Origin: Lama guanicoe | Taxonomy: Eukaryota | Length of the DNA stretch: 64,000 nucleotides | Reading direction: 5' to 3' | NCBI GenBank assembly: GCA_013239625.1 | Contig: MU054220.1 | Span: forward strand, 7,413,367-7,477,366 | Part shown: positions 1 through 14,000 of the stretch, piece by piece | How the letters are laid out: the number at the start of each line of letters is the position of its first letter | Numbering within the stretch: the stretch's first letter is position 1 | Translations under genes and position numbers: made by a program | The notes under the pieces: model-generated | Seen by the model: only the letters and a program-made list of their open reading frames with translations | Databases searched by the model: none | What the model was told of the DNA's origin: nothing

Positions 1-974
1 TAAAAGTTTCATAAAGATGATTAACTTCATAGTCAAAGTATTTTAGTAAGTCACTGCCATCCCATTTCCTTCACTGAGTATGTGAAGATGCCTGCCCTGT
101 CAGCTTAGCCTCTTCAACCTACAACGATGCCATGTTGCCCAGAGAGCTTGCCTGACTTCTTTTAGGATGACAATGAGTCACAGAAACACAGCTTTACATC
201 TAGTTCTGAGGTCTCCTTCTGTCTCTGGCAAAACAACCTGGACGGGTGGCACACAGATCTTCGATCATCCCAAGGATGCTGACCTCCTTTCCCTGAGCAG
301 CCGCAATTAAACTTTTGTTTCTCAGACCCAATCTTTCAACTTTAGTCCAAGATGATCACTACACAGATGAGTCTGGTTTCTTCCCCAGGTCCTGTTTAGA
401 GGGAAGTTTGAACTGGGGAAAAGAAGGTAGGAAGTCAAGGCTGAGGACTGAGTTGATCCAACCTTCCCAAGATGCCATAGACTATGCTGTCTTGAAACCT
501 TAGAAGAGAGACGTGTGAGGGACACGTCATAGCATAAAGCCATTAGGGTAGATGATAGATTCGCGGTTGTGCACTTCTAAGAATCACAGAGTATTGTTTC
601 ATACTAGGGTGCTAATGGCACCTAGGATATGGTCACAATGAACTGCTCTAGCACAGGGCTGTTCGCCATTTTTGTTTTAAGCCATTTTTTGTTTTTGTTT
701 TTGTTTTTCAGAGCCATTTCTTTTGATCTTCCATTGTTTGATCCATTCAGGTGAATTTGGAAACATACTGCTAATCACTTGGTTGAAGGACAAAAATGCA
801 CATAAATAAATTAGAAAACAATATATGACCTTGTGTAATCTAGGTCTTGAGCGATGCTGAGGTAGAAGTCATCAGGACAGGCTTTATAGTAAGGTGATAT
901 TTTGTCTTTTTTCAAACAATCAGAGATGTATTTGGATGAAAAAGGAAAAGTTATTTATGGGGATTCAGACACAG

Positions 975-2050
975 TTATAATCAGATCATAGGACAAAAAG
1001 AAAACACTGGAAAAATGTTGACATGTGGCAAAAAAAAAAAAAGACAAATAAACCAATAGGAAAAATGGGCTAAGACCGTGGATAACAAATTCTTTAGTGA
1101 AGACATACAAAAAGATTGTTAAATACAGAAAAAGATGTTCAGCAGCCTCTCAGTTAAAGAAATTGACATCTAAAAAGGAGTGAAGTGTCATTTTTGCTTA
1201 TAAGATTGAAAAGATTGATAACATTCTGTGTTGACAAAGCTTTGGGATAGAAGCACTCTCATACTTTATTATTGGGGGTAAAAATTAATAAAAAATGTCG
1301 TCTTTATTCAGTGATGCTTTCTCAATGAGTTCTACCCTGAACACCCTGGAAAAAAATTGTGCTCATCCCACAACCCATCTCCCAACTCTGGGCTATTTAT
1401 TTTTGCCATAAAACTTACCACCATTACACATAATATGTAATACACTTATTTAACATTTTTTTTTCAAATTTCCTTTCTCCTCTTGATAGTATGTAAATTC
1501 CATGAACCTAGATATATTTTAATCTGCTTGATTCACTGATAAAACCTAAGCATCTAAAATCGTGCTCAGTACACAGAACATACACAGTGTTTGCTGAGTG
1601 AATGAAAAATGAATGGATAGACGGATGGATGAATAAATGACTATGTACTAAAACTGTGAATGTTCTTATGTTTTAACCCAGGAAGTTCAATTTTAGCAAG
1701 TTATCTTGAGAAAATCTACAGGTAAATGTTGCAGGAGTGTGTATTACAACGTTATTTACAACAAAAAACTTAATGTCCACTAATAAGAGATTAGTTTAGT
1801 AAATTGACATTACATACCAAGGATTGTAATAAAGCCATGAAAGACACCTACATCATAAATTAATACAGATAGGTGTCACAATAATCTATTATATTTGTTT
1901 AAAAAATCACAAATTAACAGATAAAATGTACAATATTTGTTGAAAGGTCTAGAAGGATATGTATCAGCCACTAAAGCTGGTTATCTCTTGTGTAAATATG
2001 GATATAATTTCACTTTCTTCTTTACCTCCATATTTTTAAATATTTTTTCA
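975..2050 (+). mobile_element. Old L1 (L1ME-like) 3' fragments with an L2-like segment at ~1310-1640
   Basis: Motifs 'aaaccaataggaaaaatgggctaagac', 'aaaagatgttcagcagcctc' and 'atgtccactaataagaga' resemble degraded L1 ORF2 end and 3' UTR; 'ctgagtgaatgaaaaatgaatg' resembles an L2 tail. Confidence 0.6.
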
Positions 2051-2460
2051 TAATAAGCTCAAATAATAATAAAGAAAAAAATCAGTAAAGACATAACATT
2101 TTTACATAAATAAAAATGTCCTAAAAGATACAGTTTCAATGGGGAAGAAAACATTCTTGTTCTTTTTTGTGTTTTAGACATAATGTACATTTCTCCTATG
2201 GGTGTAACACTTCTTTCAAATAATTTTGCAAATATCTGAACTCACGAGTTTGAAAAATTACAGAAAACACAAAACTCTATGAGAAAAAATTTTGAAGTAT
2301 ATTTTCATCCCTCTGAACTTCAACCATTTGTTAAAATGAACATAATAATGCCTTTATCAGAGGTTGTGAGAATGAAAGGAAATCTTTTTAAGAAATTTTA
2401 CTAAATGCTTATTGTATGGCAGGCACTAGAGAAAATAAGTTTCCTTTCCACCTGCAACCC

Positions 2461-2523
2461 CTTTCTTTTCTCTTTTTCTTTCTTTCTTTTTTTCTTTTCT
2501 TCTCTCTCTCTTTTTTTTTTTTT
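2461..2523. repeat. T/C-rich low-complexity microsatellite
   Basis: Seen directly: TTTC/TC/T runs. Confidence 0.9.
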
Positions 2524-3228
2524 CCTTCAATCTTCCAACTGACAAAATAAAACTCAGCAGTGGAATTTTTGCCAGAATAGCTTTCACACACTGCAACTGT
2601 CCAAATCAAATGGCTGAGATTCACTTTTAGGTCAAGTACTGACTTGGTCAACAATTATTTATGTGTCCTTGAATGTGTCATTGGTCTGCGAAGGCATTGG
2701 GGATCGTAACATCTGACTACCTTAAAGGGTGATAGTGAGGATAAACGTAAACTTCAAGTTGAAGGACACCAAATGTTCAAAGTGGGGAAGCATTTAATAG
2801 CGTGATTCTGCCCTTCACATGATAAATTAGAAGCCACTTCTCAAGTGAAACATGAAAACAGAGAGGGGATCATGAACTTGACTGGCAGGAACCGTGAATC
2901 TGTTGGCATACACTTGCTGCTTTCATCCATTATCAGCTCAAGACACTCTCACACCAACTGCATGGAGATAAAAGGCTGAATATCTAATTATCAGTTCCCT
3001 TGAGCCCTGTGGCCAAATCTTTTTATGATTGGAGCTTAATTACCTTGAAAGAGGTGCATCAGTTTTATGAGGTTACAAAAAACAGAAGATTTAGATCGTC
3101 CCTTGTGTGAAACTAGTCTATAGATTGAACTCGAAACAATCGTCTCTGTTCTAGCTTTATGAAAGGCAAGTGGATTATTTCTTTAAGGGAATATACAGTG
3201 TCAAGTAGTCCTGAACCCCTGCTTGGTA

Positions 3229-3300
3229 TATAATAATAAAATAATAAAATAACAAAAATAACAACAACAACAATAATAATAGTAATAATAATAATAATAT
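3229..3300. repeat. (AAT)n/(AAC)n compound microsatellite
   Basis: Seen directly. Confidence 0.9.
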
Positions 3301-3473
3301 CATTATAAAATAAGGACAATTAAATTTCTTATTAATAAAATTCCAAAGAACAACTACTTACCAGGGCATGTGATTCTTAATGTGTTTATGGATTCTATTA
3401 AGTACAAAATCTTTTTCTTTAAATCTCAATGTCTTTAGCATTTTTAATAGGTGAGATCACTCACATTTAAGTT

Positions 3474-3604
3474 TTGTTTGTTCATTTGTTTTTGGTGGGA
3501 GAGGTAATTAGTTTTTTTTTTCCTTTAACTGAGGTACTGGGGATTGAACCCAGGACCTCGAGCATGCCAAGCACATGCTCCACCACTGAGCTATACCCTC
3601 CCCT
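3474..3604 (-). mobile_element. tRNA-derived SINE (camelid vic-1/ALPINE type)
   Basis: Reverse complement reads GGGGAGGGTATAGCTCAGTGGTGGAG...GGTTCAATCCCCAGTACCTC (Pol III A and B boxes) plus an A-rich tail; flanked by direct repeat ATTTAAGTTTT. Confidence 0.9.
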
Positions 3605-5044
3605 CAATATTTAAGTTTTAAATCTTACAAATGTCATATTTCAGCGTGAAATCGAAGTACTTAAATAACTTTAGGACACTCAGTGAGTGCACCGTATTTC
3701 TCAGACTCAATGCTACTTTCCTTAGAGTAAATTTAAGAGCTAAAATTTATATAGCATTCACTGTGCTTAGCTGTGAGTTACGGTGAAACCCTGGATATTA
3801 TCCTCTTAGGGCCAAGCAATAGAGGGTGGATTGCCTGTGTAGACTAGGTGTTTTCTTAACACTCTTCTCACCTGCACAAAAGGCAGTTATGGTTTCCCCT
3901 CCTCATTGTTGAAGCAGTCAAATAAATTGCCTGCTTATTAGTTTGATATGAATGTCTCTTCAGGATATCTAGCAGTTGATTGACCTTAAAAATGGAAATG
4001 ATTTAGTAGAGGAAGTTGAGAGTTTGCAATTTGAGTTAGGAGAATAATAACATTAGTAGCAATGCCCATGGACTGTCTCAGTTGGTTTCCCTGTTGTCTA
4101 AGTCAGACACAATAATGTTTTAGTTAGATAAATGTTGGAACATAAGGCGATTAATAGGATTCTCTCTTTATTCCATTAAGTCACCTATGCCAAGACAAGG
4201 ACGATCTTGTTAAGAACAGACACATGGAGCTTTTAATCTTAATTGAATTCCTTGCTGTCAGCTCTGTTTTTGATTCTGTCTACCCTTGTACCATTTTTTC
4301 CCGTATAATTTTGTTTTTATCAGTTCGTATCACAAAATTTAGTGCTCTATTTTGTATGGCCTTCCTCTACAATATTTTAAAAACTTACATATGTAGCCAT
4401 TTTTTAGAAACACATCCACCATCTTTAAAATTTGAAAAATGAAAAAGCAAGAAACAAATACAGAAAAAAAATTCTGGAAACCTCTTATAATCTAGGTTCA
4501 TTGAAGTTTAGCTCATTCAAATAGCCCTCTGAAACTACATGAATATCTTTCAACACAAAACAAAGTATAGTGTCTCTCACATTTTTAAATCAGGGTCCCA
4601 TTAAACATACACAGATCCATCTCCACAAGCTACTCAATTTATCGAAAGCAGGGATGTTGCTTTTTGTTTGATACTCCCTCTGATTCTTAGATCTAACAGT
4701 TGAGTATGAAGAAAATAGTTAATTGAATATATATGGAAAATGTATGATTTTTTAATATATTACTTGATAATAGGCTAGAACAAATACATTATTGAAAATA
4801 TCTTGTTAGGTTCTTTGATGTTTCTCTGTTAGCTAGTGTAACAGAAGAAAAACCTAAACCTGTGCCCCATCCCCATCAGAATCAAAGAAGTGCTTGAAAA
4901 TGACAGCATCTCTAGAGTAAAACGTAACCAACAAAAGAGGAGGCTGAGGAAAATATTACGAATATTTTTTAAATCCAAGTTGAAGTGATTAGTGGTAAAA
5001 AGTAAGAATCAAGTTGTCTCTAATTTAATAACATAAATAATAAA

Positions 5045-5260
5045 TTATACTCACAAATACTAACTAATATATACAAAATAGATACATAAAAAATTTATAC
5101 TGTATAGTACAGGGAACTATAGTCAATATCTTGTAGTAACTTGGGGTGAAAAAGAGTATGAAAACAAATACATGATGTTCCTGTATGACTGAAGCATTGT
5201 GCTGGACCCTAGAAGTTGACACAACATTGTAAACTGACTGTATTTCAATAAATATATACA
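5045..5260 (+). mobile_element. 5'-truncated young L1 3' end
   Basis: 'tatagtacagggaactatagtcaatatcttg...cacaacattgtaaactgactgtatttcaataaa'; homologous to copies at 8884-9074 and 52915-53247 in this window. Confidence 0.85.
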
Positions 5261-7899
5261 AATATATATATCATATAAGGCATATTACATTTTTATTATA
5301 AAGTGGATTTTTTTTTTATAAGTGAATTGGGGAGAAAATTAAGGTGTTTTGTTTCTGTTGTTTGTTCTGTTTTGTTTTTCTGGAAGAATTGCCATAAACA
5401 TCTTGTTGAAATTGTTTAAAATTGATTCCTTTCGTTGCCATATGGAGAGTGTTTGGGGAAGGGCAAGGGTTAGGGACTCTGGTAAGAAAGTCATTTCAGT
5501 AGCTCAATCAAGAGATGACTCTCGCTTGGACAATCAGCGGTGCTAATGGAGAGAGATCAGTGTATTCAGAGCTTTTTCAGAGAGTTGGAATTGACAGGTA
5601 TTACTCAGATATTGAATGCGATCTTGATCCCAAAGTCATTTTCTAAGTATAGAATTTTGTGAGATAGTGGGGTAAATCTTTCAAATTTAGGTATAATAGT
5701 CAAACAAAACAGTGCACATCAATCAAGCTTTTAAGCAAAATTGAACAGACATTATGTTATTTAAAACATTTAAAACAAGTGGTTCATATTACTGATGAAG
5801 CTAAAGACAAATCATTCAAGTTACAATGCTCATAACAAAAACAGGTAAAATTCACGTTAATGCTGAGAAACGTGTAAAGGAAATCAAAATAAGGAAAACA
5901 CCCACATGAGGTGAAAATATTTTAGCACAGTTCATCTACACTCTGTTCAATGAGTGTCAGGTGAGATGGTCTAACCAGTATAGTATTTGTCCTATATGAA
6001 TAGTATTTAAATGTTGAAAACTATAATGGAGTAGCAGAGGAAAAAGTCATTAAAAATATTTTATCTCAAATTTGGGAAATATTTTGGAAAATTGTATTAT
6101 GTATATAGTACATACATAAAAATTAGATAGTATTTATGTATTAAATTATTTATCAAATATATGTTATATATGATATATAATTATGATTTATTACCTGTAT
6201 ATATTTTATGGATAATATGCATTACTTATTATGATATATATATTTATATATTTACACACACACACACACAAAACAACCTGCAAACGACTTTATTATTTAT
6301 GACCCAACAGGAACCACGAGTGTTTCAATGATCACACTATGAACAACTCTTTATTCTCACTGGAGCTCAGGGCAGACAACTGAGGAACATCTCATACGTA
6401 GAAACTTGGATTTGACCATTGCTGTAAGTACTCAAATACATTTGGAAAACAAGAACAGAAGAAAAATACACTGTCCTTTCTGACTAGAACCCTGTGATAG
6501 ACCTGGCAGACAGGGACAAGAGAGGGACAGTAGATTTCAGCAGGAGACGTCAGCCCATGACAGCAGACCCAGTTCAGGTGAATCACATCTCCATGGATGT
6601 CACGAAAGAATGTGTCTGTAGAAGACACATCTTATCCATCACTTCCTGGGACGTGCATGTATAAAAATCCCTTTCATAGACTGCATCAACATCCAGCATG
6701 TTCACTGGAGTAAAATGCAGTAGAAACAAAGAGGCCACATTTAAAATAGTGTGTTCAAGTTTTGTTACCTATTAGAACCATGTACTATCTTCCCGTTAAA
6801 TTTACATATTAATTTTAGGTAACATTTATATTTAGCTTCTCTGCTTTTTTTTCACCACGGAGTCCATTAAAAAAAACTGCCAATTCTATGACCATCGGTA
6901 AAAGAAAAAGCAGGTTGTTTGATGAATCGCTGTCCTTTAGATCACCTTTAAGACAATGCCCCATCAGGCAATAAAAACTTCCAGTTCAATTTCCTTTAAT
7001 AGAACTAAGTTTTCCCCTGAATGAAATTCCCTTCATTTGCTGATGGAGGAAGACAGCTCATTTAAATAGAGATCGTTCCTCCATGACTACCTACATTTGC
7101 AGATTACTTAGGAAATATGAATTTCAGGAGGAAGAAAGTCATTAGCAATAGAGGTATTTAGAAGAAGTAAAAGGGTAAAATGTACATTTAGCACAAAGCG
7201 GCAATCTCTTTGCTCATAGCTCCGGGGTTACCAGGATGCCATTAACAGCGTTTCACTATGTAAATGTTTTCAAACAAAATAAGCTAAATGAGTAGCAAGG
7301 TGAATACGGTTCATTCCAAAACACTTATTTAGTGTTGCTTGAAAATTGAAGGGAAAAAAGTGGTCCCATTCCAACTCCTTTCCAAACACAGTAAACCCCC
7401 AAATCTTCCCACAGCATCAAATCAACGTGTGTTCTAATGTAATTTGAGTTTCATACTATGTAGGTCAAACACTGTTCTTAGAACCCTGCAGAGTAACAAA
7501 TGTTGTCTCATATTTCTGTTTTATTTTATTTCTACCTGGCATGCTGAAGAGAAGCACCTTGTGAATTTTTACTTCGGTGTAGTCTAAAAATCACCTTTTT
7601 CACACTTTTGAAGAGATGAGCTGATTTCTCACAAAACGGCCAGAGATTTGATGATAGAGGATCTAGAAATCAGGCAGGATTAATTTTTCCTATTTCAAGA
7701 GTAAATAAGAAGTTCTCAATAGCATGACTGTTTAAATAATACACATTTATTGGGTACCTCTCAGAACCAAGCTCTGAAGGGGGTTTTTGAATAAGACTTC
7801 AACCTCTCCCTTCCTTTAAAATGCTCCAGTCCAGTGGAGAGAACCATAGTTCAACAGCCAGTCCATATTGTTGATTTACAAAGTAAACAAAAAAAAGAA

Positions 7900-8540
7900 A
7901 TACAGCCATCATCAATTATCTTATGGCACCAACGTAATTATTGTTAATATACTTGCTTGTATCTTTTCATAATTTTTCTACACAGTTATGTATATATGTT
8001 TTTCCCCAAGTGGGAATATACTATCCACAATTCTTTATGGCTTACTTTTTTTAACCTACTTTCCATTTATTAAATAGGGTGCATCCATGTCACCAGTTTT
8101 AATGGTATTTACATATATGGGTGTATTAAATTTGCTAAGCTTACTTGAAGTGTTGGATACTATTAGGAAAGTCTTGCTATTATAAAAGAAAATACTGAAC
8201 TGAATATTATTGTAGATAGACTTTCTGCACAATGTTTAATAATTTCCTGAGATAGACTTCCTGGGGCAAATAATAGGTACAATTTTAAGGCCTGTGAAAC
8301 ATAGTCAAATTGTTCTTTTATATTGTTTTTTATTGGTATAAAAACAAGTTGTTTCCTTTTTCTTTCTTATTGTTAATGAGTCTCCTGATGTTTTCCCTAT
8401 TACAGAGCCTTTTAAAAAAAAGAAAGACAAAACTTCTAGTTTGTGAATATTTTTCTGTTTGTTTTGTTAGTTTGTTGTGTGTAAGAGGTATTTATATGAA
8501 AAATATCCTACCCAAATTATCCTTTCTTTGTAATTTGTGT
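7900..8540 (-). mobile_element. Old L1M 3' fragment
   Basis: Degenerate reverse-strand L1 3' motifs ('tcttgctattataaaa', 'aatttcctgagatagacttcctggg'). Confidence 0.5.
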
Positions 8541-8544
8541 TTAT

Positions 8545-8805
8545 AGAGAGCCACACGCTAGGAGATGAGAATGTCCCGCAGTCAACATCCAACAAGGAAG
8601 TGGGGACCTCAGTCCTCCAACTTTAAGGAACTGAATGCAGCCAATAATCTGGATGAGTTTAGAAGCAGATCCCTCCTTACAGCCTACAGATAAGAATCTA
8701 GTCATACGGACATCTTCAGCTTTAGCCCTGTGAGATGCTCATCTGGGTAGCCATCCTAGCGCACTCAGACTTCTGACCTACAGAGCTGTGGTTTAATAAA
8801 AGGAC
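8545..8805 (+). mobile_element. MaLR LTR fragment (MLT1-type)
   Basis: 'ggacctcagtcctccaactttaaggaactgaatgcagccaataatctg...cttctgacctacagagctgtg...aataaa'. Confidence 0.75.
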
Positions 8806-8883
8806 TGTTTCCTTTCATTCGTGTCCTTACTTTTTTTTTTAACACAGTCTATGTTTGTCTGTTTCTTGCCATCATTGACACTT

Positions 8884-9504
8884 TAAAAAAATTTTTTTAT
8901 TAAAATACAGTCAGTTTACAATGTTATGTCAATTTCTGGTATATAGAACAATATTTCAGTCATACAGGAACATATATATATATATATATATTCATTGTCA
9001 TATTCTTTTTCACCATAAGTTACTACAAGATATTGAATATAGTTCCCTGTGCTATACAGTATGAACTTGTTTATCCATCTCTAGCAGCCAGTCCCGGCTT
9101 CTCTCTGCTGGCTCGTGTCTAGGGCTGAGGATCGCAGGGACCCCCGTGTCAGTTTCCCTTAGTTCTGTCTGCCAAGTGGCTGCCACTTTCTCCTCCAAGC
9201 CTCTGAAGCTTCTCTTCCATCCCCGCTGTCCTCTTGACTGAAGAGCTAGCATCCCAGCGTGAGGGCGCCTTTCTTCCTGTGCTTCTCCCTCCCTGCAGGA
9301 CTAGTCCTGCACCGATTTTTTCTTCTTTCTTTTTTTTCTTACCGGATTTTGTGAGAATCCTTCTGTATTTTGAAGCAAGAGACACTCTGGCAGAGTTCAG
9401 TAGGTGCTCTGTGCGATCAGTAGGTCTGTAGATGTAATTCTTGCTGTACTTGTGGGACAGGGTGAGCTGTGAGTCTCTCCACTCTGCCATCTTGGCTCTC
9501 TCCC
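8884..9504 (-). mobile_element. Internally deleted L1: 5' UTR (9504-9075) fused to 3' UTR/poly(A) (9074-8884)
   Basis: Minus strand begins GGGAGAGAGCCAAGATGGCAGAGTGG (L1 5' end with YY1-type motif) and ends in the same 3' UTR as 5045-5260; 12/15 matching TSD at 8869-8883 and 9503-9517. Confidence 0.8.
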
Positions 9505-10294
9505 ATCAGTGGCTCTTGTGGCAACTTCCCAGTTATTTCAGGAAGTCAATGTATGTATCTTATGTCTGCTCAAGACCAAGTTCAGGCAGCCACCCCTACT
9601 TTCTTCCTTTTCTGCTTCCCTGCTTCCAGCTCCTCCTGTGAAGTTCACTGCCTTTACGTTGAATGTGAGCCATTAAGTTGCTTCCACAGCGTGAATCCTT
9701 CTGGGCATCTCTGCAGCCTCGGCTCAGTATCACAGTAGCCACTTATCATGGCTGATCTGGTCTGTACCAGCCGCTGCCCAGTTTCCAGAGCTCTCAGGGT
9801 CCCAGAGGGGCGCTGGGTCATATGGAGTCTTGGGCTGCAAGTACATTGCCTTCTAGGCAGCTGTGGAAGCGTCTTCCTTACCCTGAGCAGCATTCTGTTA
9901 CCTGGCACTAACGCTACTTTGTCCCAGTCTGTTATAATAGCTTTAGAAAAACCATTATTTAAGATCAGATTTTAGCACTCACATATTCCAAGCTCTGATT
10001 GAACTTGAAGCTTATAGTTGGAAAAAGTTGTAGCAAGAGGAGCGATACTACATTCAGAGTTGTTAGGTGCTCCAGACGTTCTTCTGATCAGCTTGAAGAT
10101 AGCAGAAAGCTATGTTACTCTGCCATTTTACTGTCTAAATTTGGATAATTCTTGCAATCATGAGTGGCTTCTTTGCTCCCTCACTCTCCAGATTTTCTCC
10201 CTTCTATCCATATCTGAAGCCTCCTTCTCAAGCTTTCTTCTACCTGACTTCAAAATATTGGCTTACCTGACCTCAGAGTGTCAGGTTGGGGTCA

Positions 10295-10669
10295 TTACAA
10301 CTGAACTGTGTCCCACCCAAATTTGTATGATGGGGTCCTAAACCCCAGGACCTCAGAATGTGACTGTGTTTGGATATAGAAACTTTAAAGCAGTAATTCA
10401 GCAGAAATAAAGTCATTAGGGTGGGTCCTAACCCAGTCAGACTGGCTTCCTTATTTAAAAAAGGAAATGAGGACACACACACAGAGGCAAGAGCACGTGA
10501 AGACACAGGGGAAAGACTGCAAGCCAAGCAGAGAGGCCTTGGAAAAAAAAATGCTGCCCACAGCTTGGTCTCAGACTTCTACATCCCAGAATTGGAAGAA
10601 AGTACATTTCTGTTGGTTACACCACTCGTCTTGTGGTACTTTGTCACCGCAGCCCTAGCAGATGAACAC
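10295..10669 (+). mobile_element. MaLR solo LTR (MLT1A/B-type)
   Basis: 'cctcagaatgtgactgtgtttgga', 'gggtgggtcctaacccagtcagactgg', 'gtggtactttgtcaccgcagccctagcagatgaaca'. Confidence 0.85.
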
Positions 10670-10884
10670 AGGGGCTGGTCTCTTCTCTAATTACAGATTT
10701 TCCTTAGGGGAATTTATCTGATTCCATGATATAATTAATATCATTATATTCCTGAGCTGAAAGGAAGACAATATATATTTTGTGAACTCTTTGAAGAGCT
10801 AAGTATAGCCTGAAATCTAATAAATAAATAACATTACTTTGTTTAGATGCTTTAACTTACTGGTATTTTCATGCATGAAAGTTA

Positions 10885-11030
10885 CAATAGTTCTCAAGTC
10901 CACAGAGGGTAGGTGAAGTTGTTAGAAACATAAACTCCGAGATCCTACCTTAGACCCACTGAATCAGGAACTTTGGGTTTTAACAAGCCTTCTAGGCATT
11001 TCTGATTCATGCTCAAGTTTGAGAATCATG
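10885..11030. mobile_element. MER5A-like hAT MITE
   Basis: 'cactgaatcaggaactttggg...ttaacaagcc...ttctgattcatgctcaagtttgagaa'. Confidence 0.7.
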
Positions 11031-14000
11031 GATCATAACGGACTAGACATGGAAAAGAACATACAGCTCACTTACCCTTGTGCTAAGGATATATGGCATC
11101 CTGGTAAAGCCAGTAATTTCCCCAAAGTCACTAAACTCTGTTTTCTGGCTTTTCTCTCTTTGATTTGTACTTGTGCACCTTTTGGAGTTAGTTCAGGACA
11201 AAACATCATTTGATACAATCGTGATTTTACTATTCTTTGTTTCTTTCTTTGTTTATTTGATTGTTGTTTCTTCAGCAGACATACAAATCCTGTGTGTTCC
11301 TTTCTCCTCCCCCCATTCCCACATAACCAAGTGCATGTGCTGTAATGCCCTTTTCTTTACCCCCTAAAGAAATATTTGTAAAACCGCTGTTGTCCTGTGT
11401 TATTATCTAATATGCTGCCAAAATGGAATTCAGCTTGTGTTTCCACTAATTTGATATAGATTAAAATATATTAAAGGTCTTCTTGTATGTAAGTCATTGC
11501 ATGAAATAATACTAGCCTGTTATTAAATAGATTGAATATCTAATATTTTAAAGATATTAAAAATAGCAATTGTATCATTAGCTATGCCATATCAGTACCT
11601 TATATTTTGTCCTAAATCCTCTCAGTTTCTTTGGAATTTTTAATACTGCATATATGCTCTTATTTGCATTCAGAAGTTTAACTAATCTTTGGAAGAACCC
11701 ACCAGTAAGCAACTTGAAACATATATTTGTGTGTTTGTGTGTGCCTGAATAGTCTGTATGTAGGTTAAGTGGCTTACCCAATGAAATACCCACATGTACC
11801 TATTTATAAGCCAAAAGTTGGCATAGGTACAATTAACCTGAGTCTCTTTAAGATTAAAATTTTACATTTTGATTTTAAGAAAAACCCTGTCTCAGTTTTT
11901 TTTTTTCTTTCTAGTTTCCTAAGCAGAGCAGTGTCTTCTGCATGTGGTGGGGTTATATACTGCAGACCAGGCTCTTTGGATCCCCAATGTCTTTAATTCA
12001 CACACACAAGGTCGTGTGAGTGCCCAGGAGCTGCTCATAGCAGAGGCTTTGCCTAATCATTATTGGATCCAATCACTATTAATCACCAGAGTTTCACTGG
12101 AGTTTGCAATGTGTTGAAAGGAAACAGCAGGTTTTTCTATACAGCCCATTGAAGTTGTTCCTCTTGCCCATTAGCTCTCATGAGGTCATTGATGCTAATG
12201 CTTTCCCAGGAGGAGCATATATCTTCCTTTCCACACACTATGTGCTTCTGGTTGGAATCCCAGAGCCTGGTTTGGATCACAGCCTATGTTCACTAATGGA
12301 AGCGTTTCCATTTAGGATGACAGAAAATACAGGGCCGTCCCAGCAGCAGGGAAATCAACGATGAGTTCAGTTTGACCATGACCATCAAAAAGCATTATTA
12401 TGAAGAACTACTTTATAGGTGTCCCAAGACTAAGCTGCCAACTTGTCTCTTCAGTGCAACTTCTTCAAAATATTGCCTTAATTGTTGAGTTGGGATCAAG
12501 CTTAAAGACTTCTTCCCTAGCTCTTGAATAAACTTGATGAAAGAGTTGTTTGAAATCATGGTTGGAGTTCTACATTATGTAAGATTACAAATGTGTTTAT
12601 TTATTCCAGTAAAATACTTAAGAAGGAATGTGTAGGCAGATTTTTGGAGAATGGAGGCCATGTTCCTCATGGGTCCAGATCCAAAAATTGTGCATGGTTG
12701 AAGAGAAGCAATGTTTGAGTCTTAACTTGTCTTAACTGAATTTTGAAGCAGATGGACATCACCAAACAATTATACAATGGTTAATCTCATCTTTCCTCGG
12801 TAGGTACCACCTAATCAAACTCATGTTCAGGAAACTATCAGTTGGCAACCAAATTCCAAGCCAAGATTCCCATTCTCTATTGTTTCTACTATGTCTATTC
12901 AGGTTCATCCTATTGAACAAATATTTTAAGACCACTATTAAGTTGCAAGGCTCTGCCAGAGCCATAGTTGATACATAAATAAATATCAAAAATACAATTA
13001 TTTTGCTTTTAGAACATTAAAAAATAGAACAGATAAAATCTGAACACTAACAAATATAACATGGGTAAAATGTGCTAAATATTGTAAGGTGAGTTACAAG
13101 CAAGTTGGTATTCAAGTGCGAGGGGTCTCCTTTGAATACAGAATAGAGTCTAAATGCTGTATAAGTCCATTCAAAGCCATTGTAATGTGCTCCTCAGCAC
13201 ACTGGTTGGGCTTCACCTTCCAGTGGTTCCACACAGTGGGCACCAGGTCCGGCTTAACCAGATAATTTGCTGTCCCTACCTCAAGTCTCTATCAATTTTT
13301 TCCCTGCCTTTTTTTTTCCATTTCTTTTCACTTGGAAGAGCTTTACCTTTAATACTAGTAATGATGAAATACATTTTAAAAGATCAGTTATAATAGGCAA
13401 GCATGAATAGAATTTTAAGGGAGACAGGACAAAGATTACTTGTATCATTAATCAAAAAATAAGGGGAAAAAAGATCAAAATGGAGGAGGGAAATGTTAGC
13501 TTAAAAGTCTGGCAAATAGAAGAAGTAATATACTAATTATTTGATATGTTGACATTGAGGTATCACCCTGTCACTCATGTAGAAATATCCAGTTGTAACT
13601 TGAAAATGTCTATCTGGGGCTCTAAGGGAAAATGTTGAGTCTAAAGAATTAGATGTAAAAGGCATTGCCTTAAAAATTCTGTTTGAAACAAAAGAGATAA
13701 TCAAAGGGAAGCACATAAGGAGAAGCACAGAAAGGTAGTCTCAGAACCTAGGAGTTCCTACCATTAATGTGCAACTGGAAGAATACAAAGCTATAAATAA
13801 TGTACATATTCACTCATCTGGGAACTTTGAGAAAGAAAGAGAGATACAAGGGAGACTTTAAAGAAGCAAGGGTTCTTTACTGCTATCAATGACCAGAGAA
13901 AAGTCAATGATTGGAGAATTGAGAAAGGGGCATTGGCATGGATGATGAAATTGGTCACTGACCTTGACCAAAGGGTTTTAGTAGAGTCAGAGCAATAATT

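Noticed and set aside
12380..12560. Possible processed-pseudogene remnant on the minus strand
   Set aside because: Short frame (~50 aa) with no recognisable protein similarity, poly(A) or TSD
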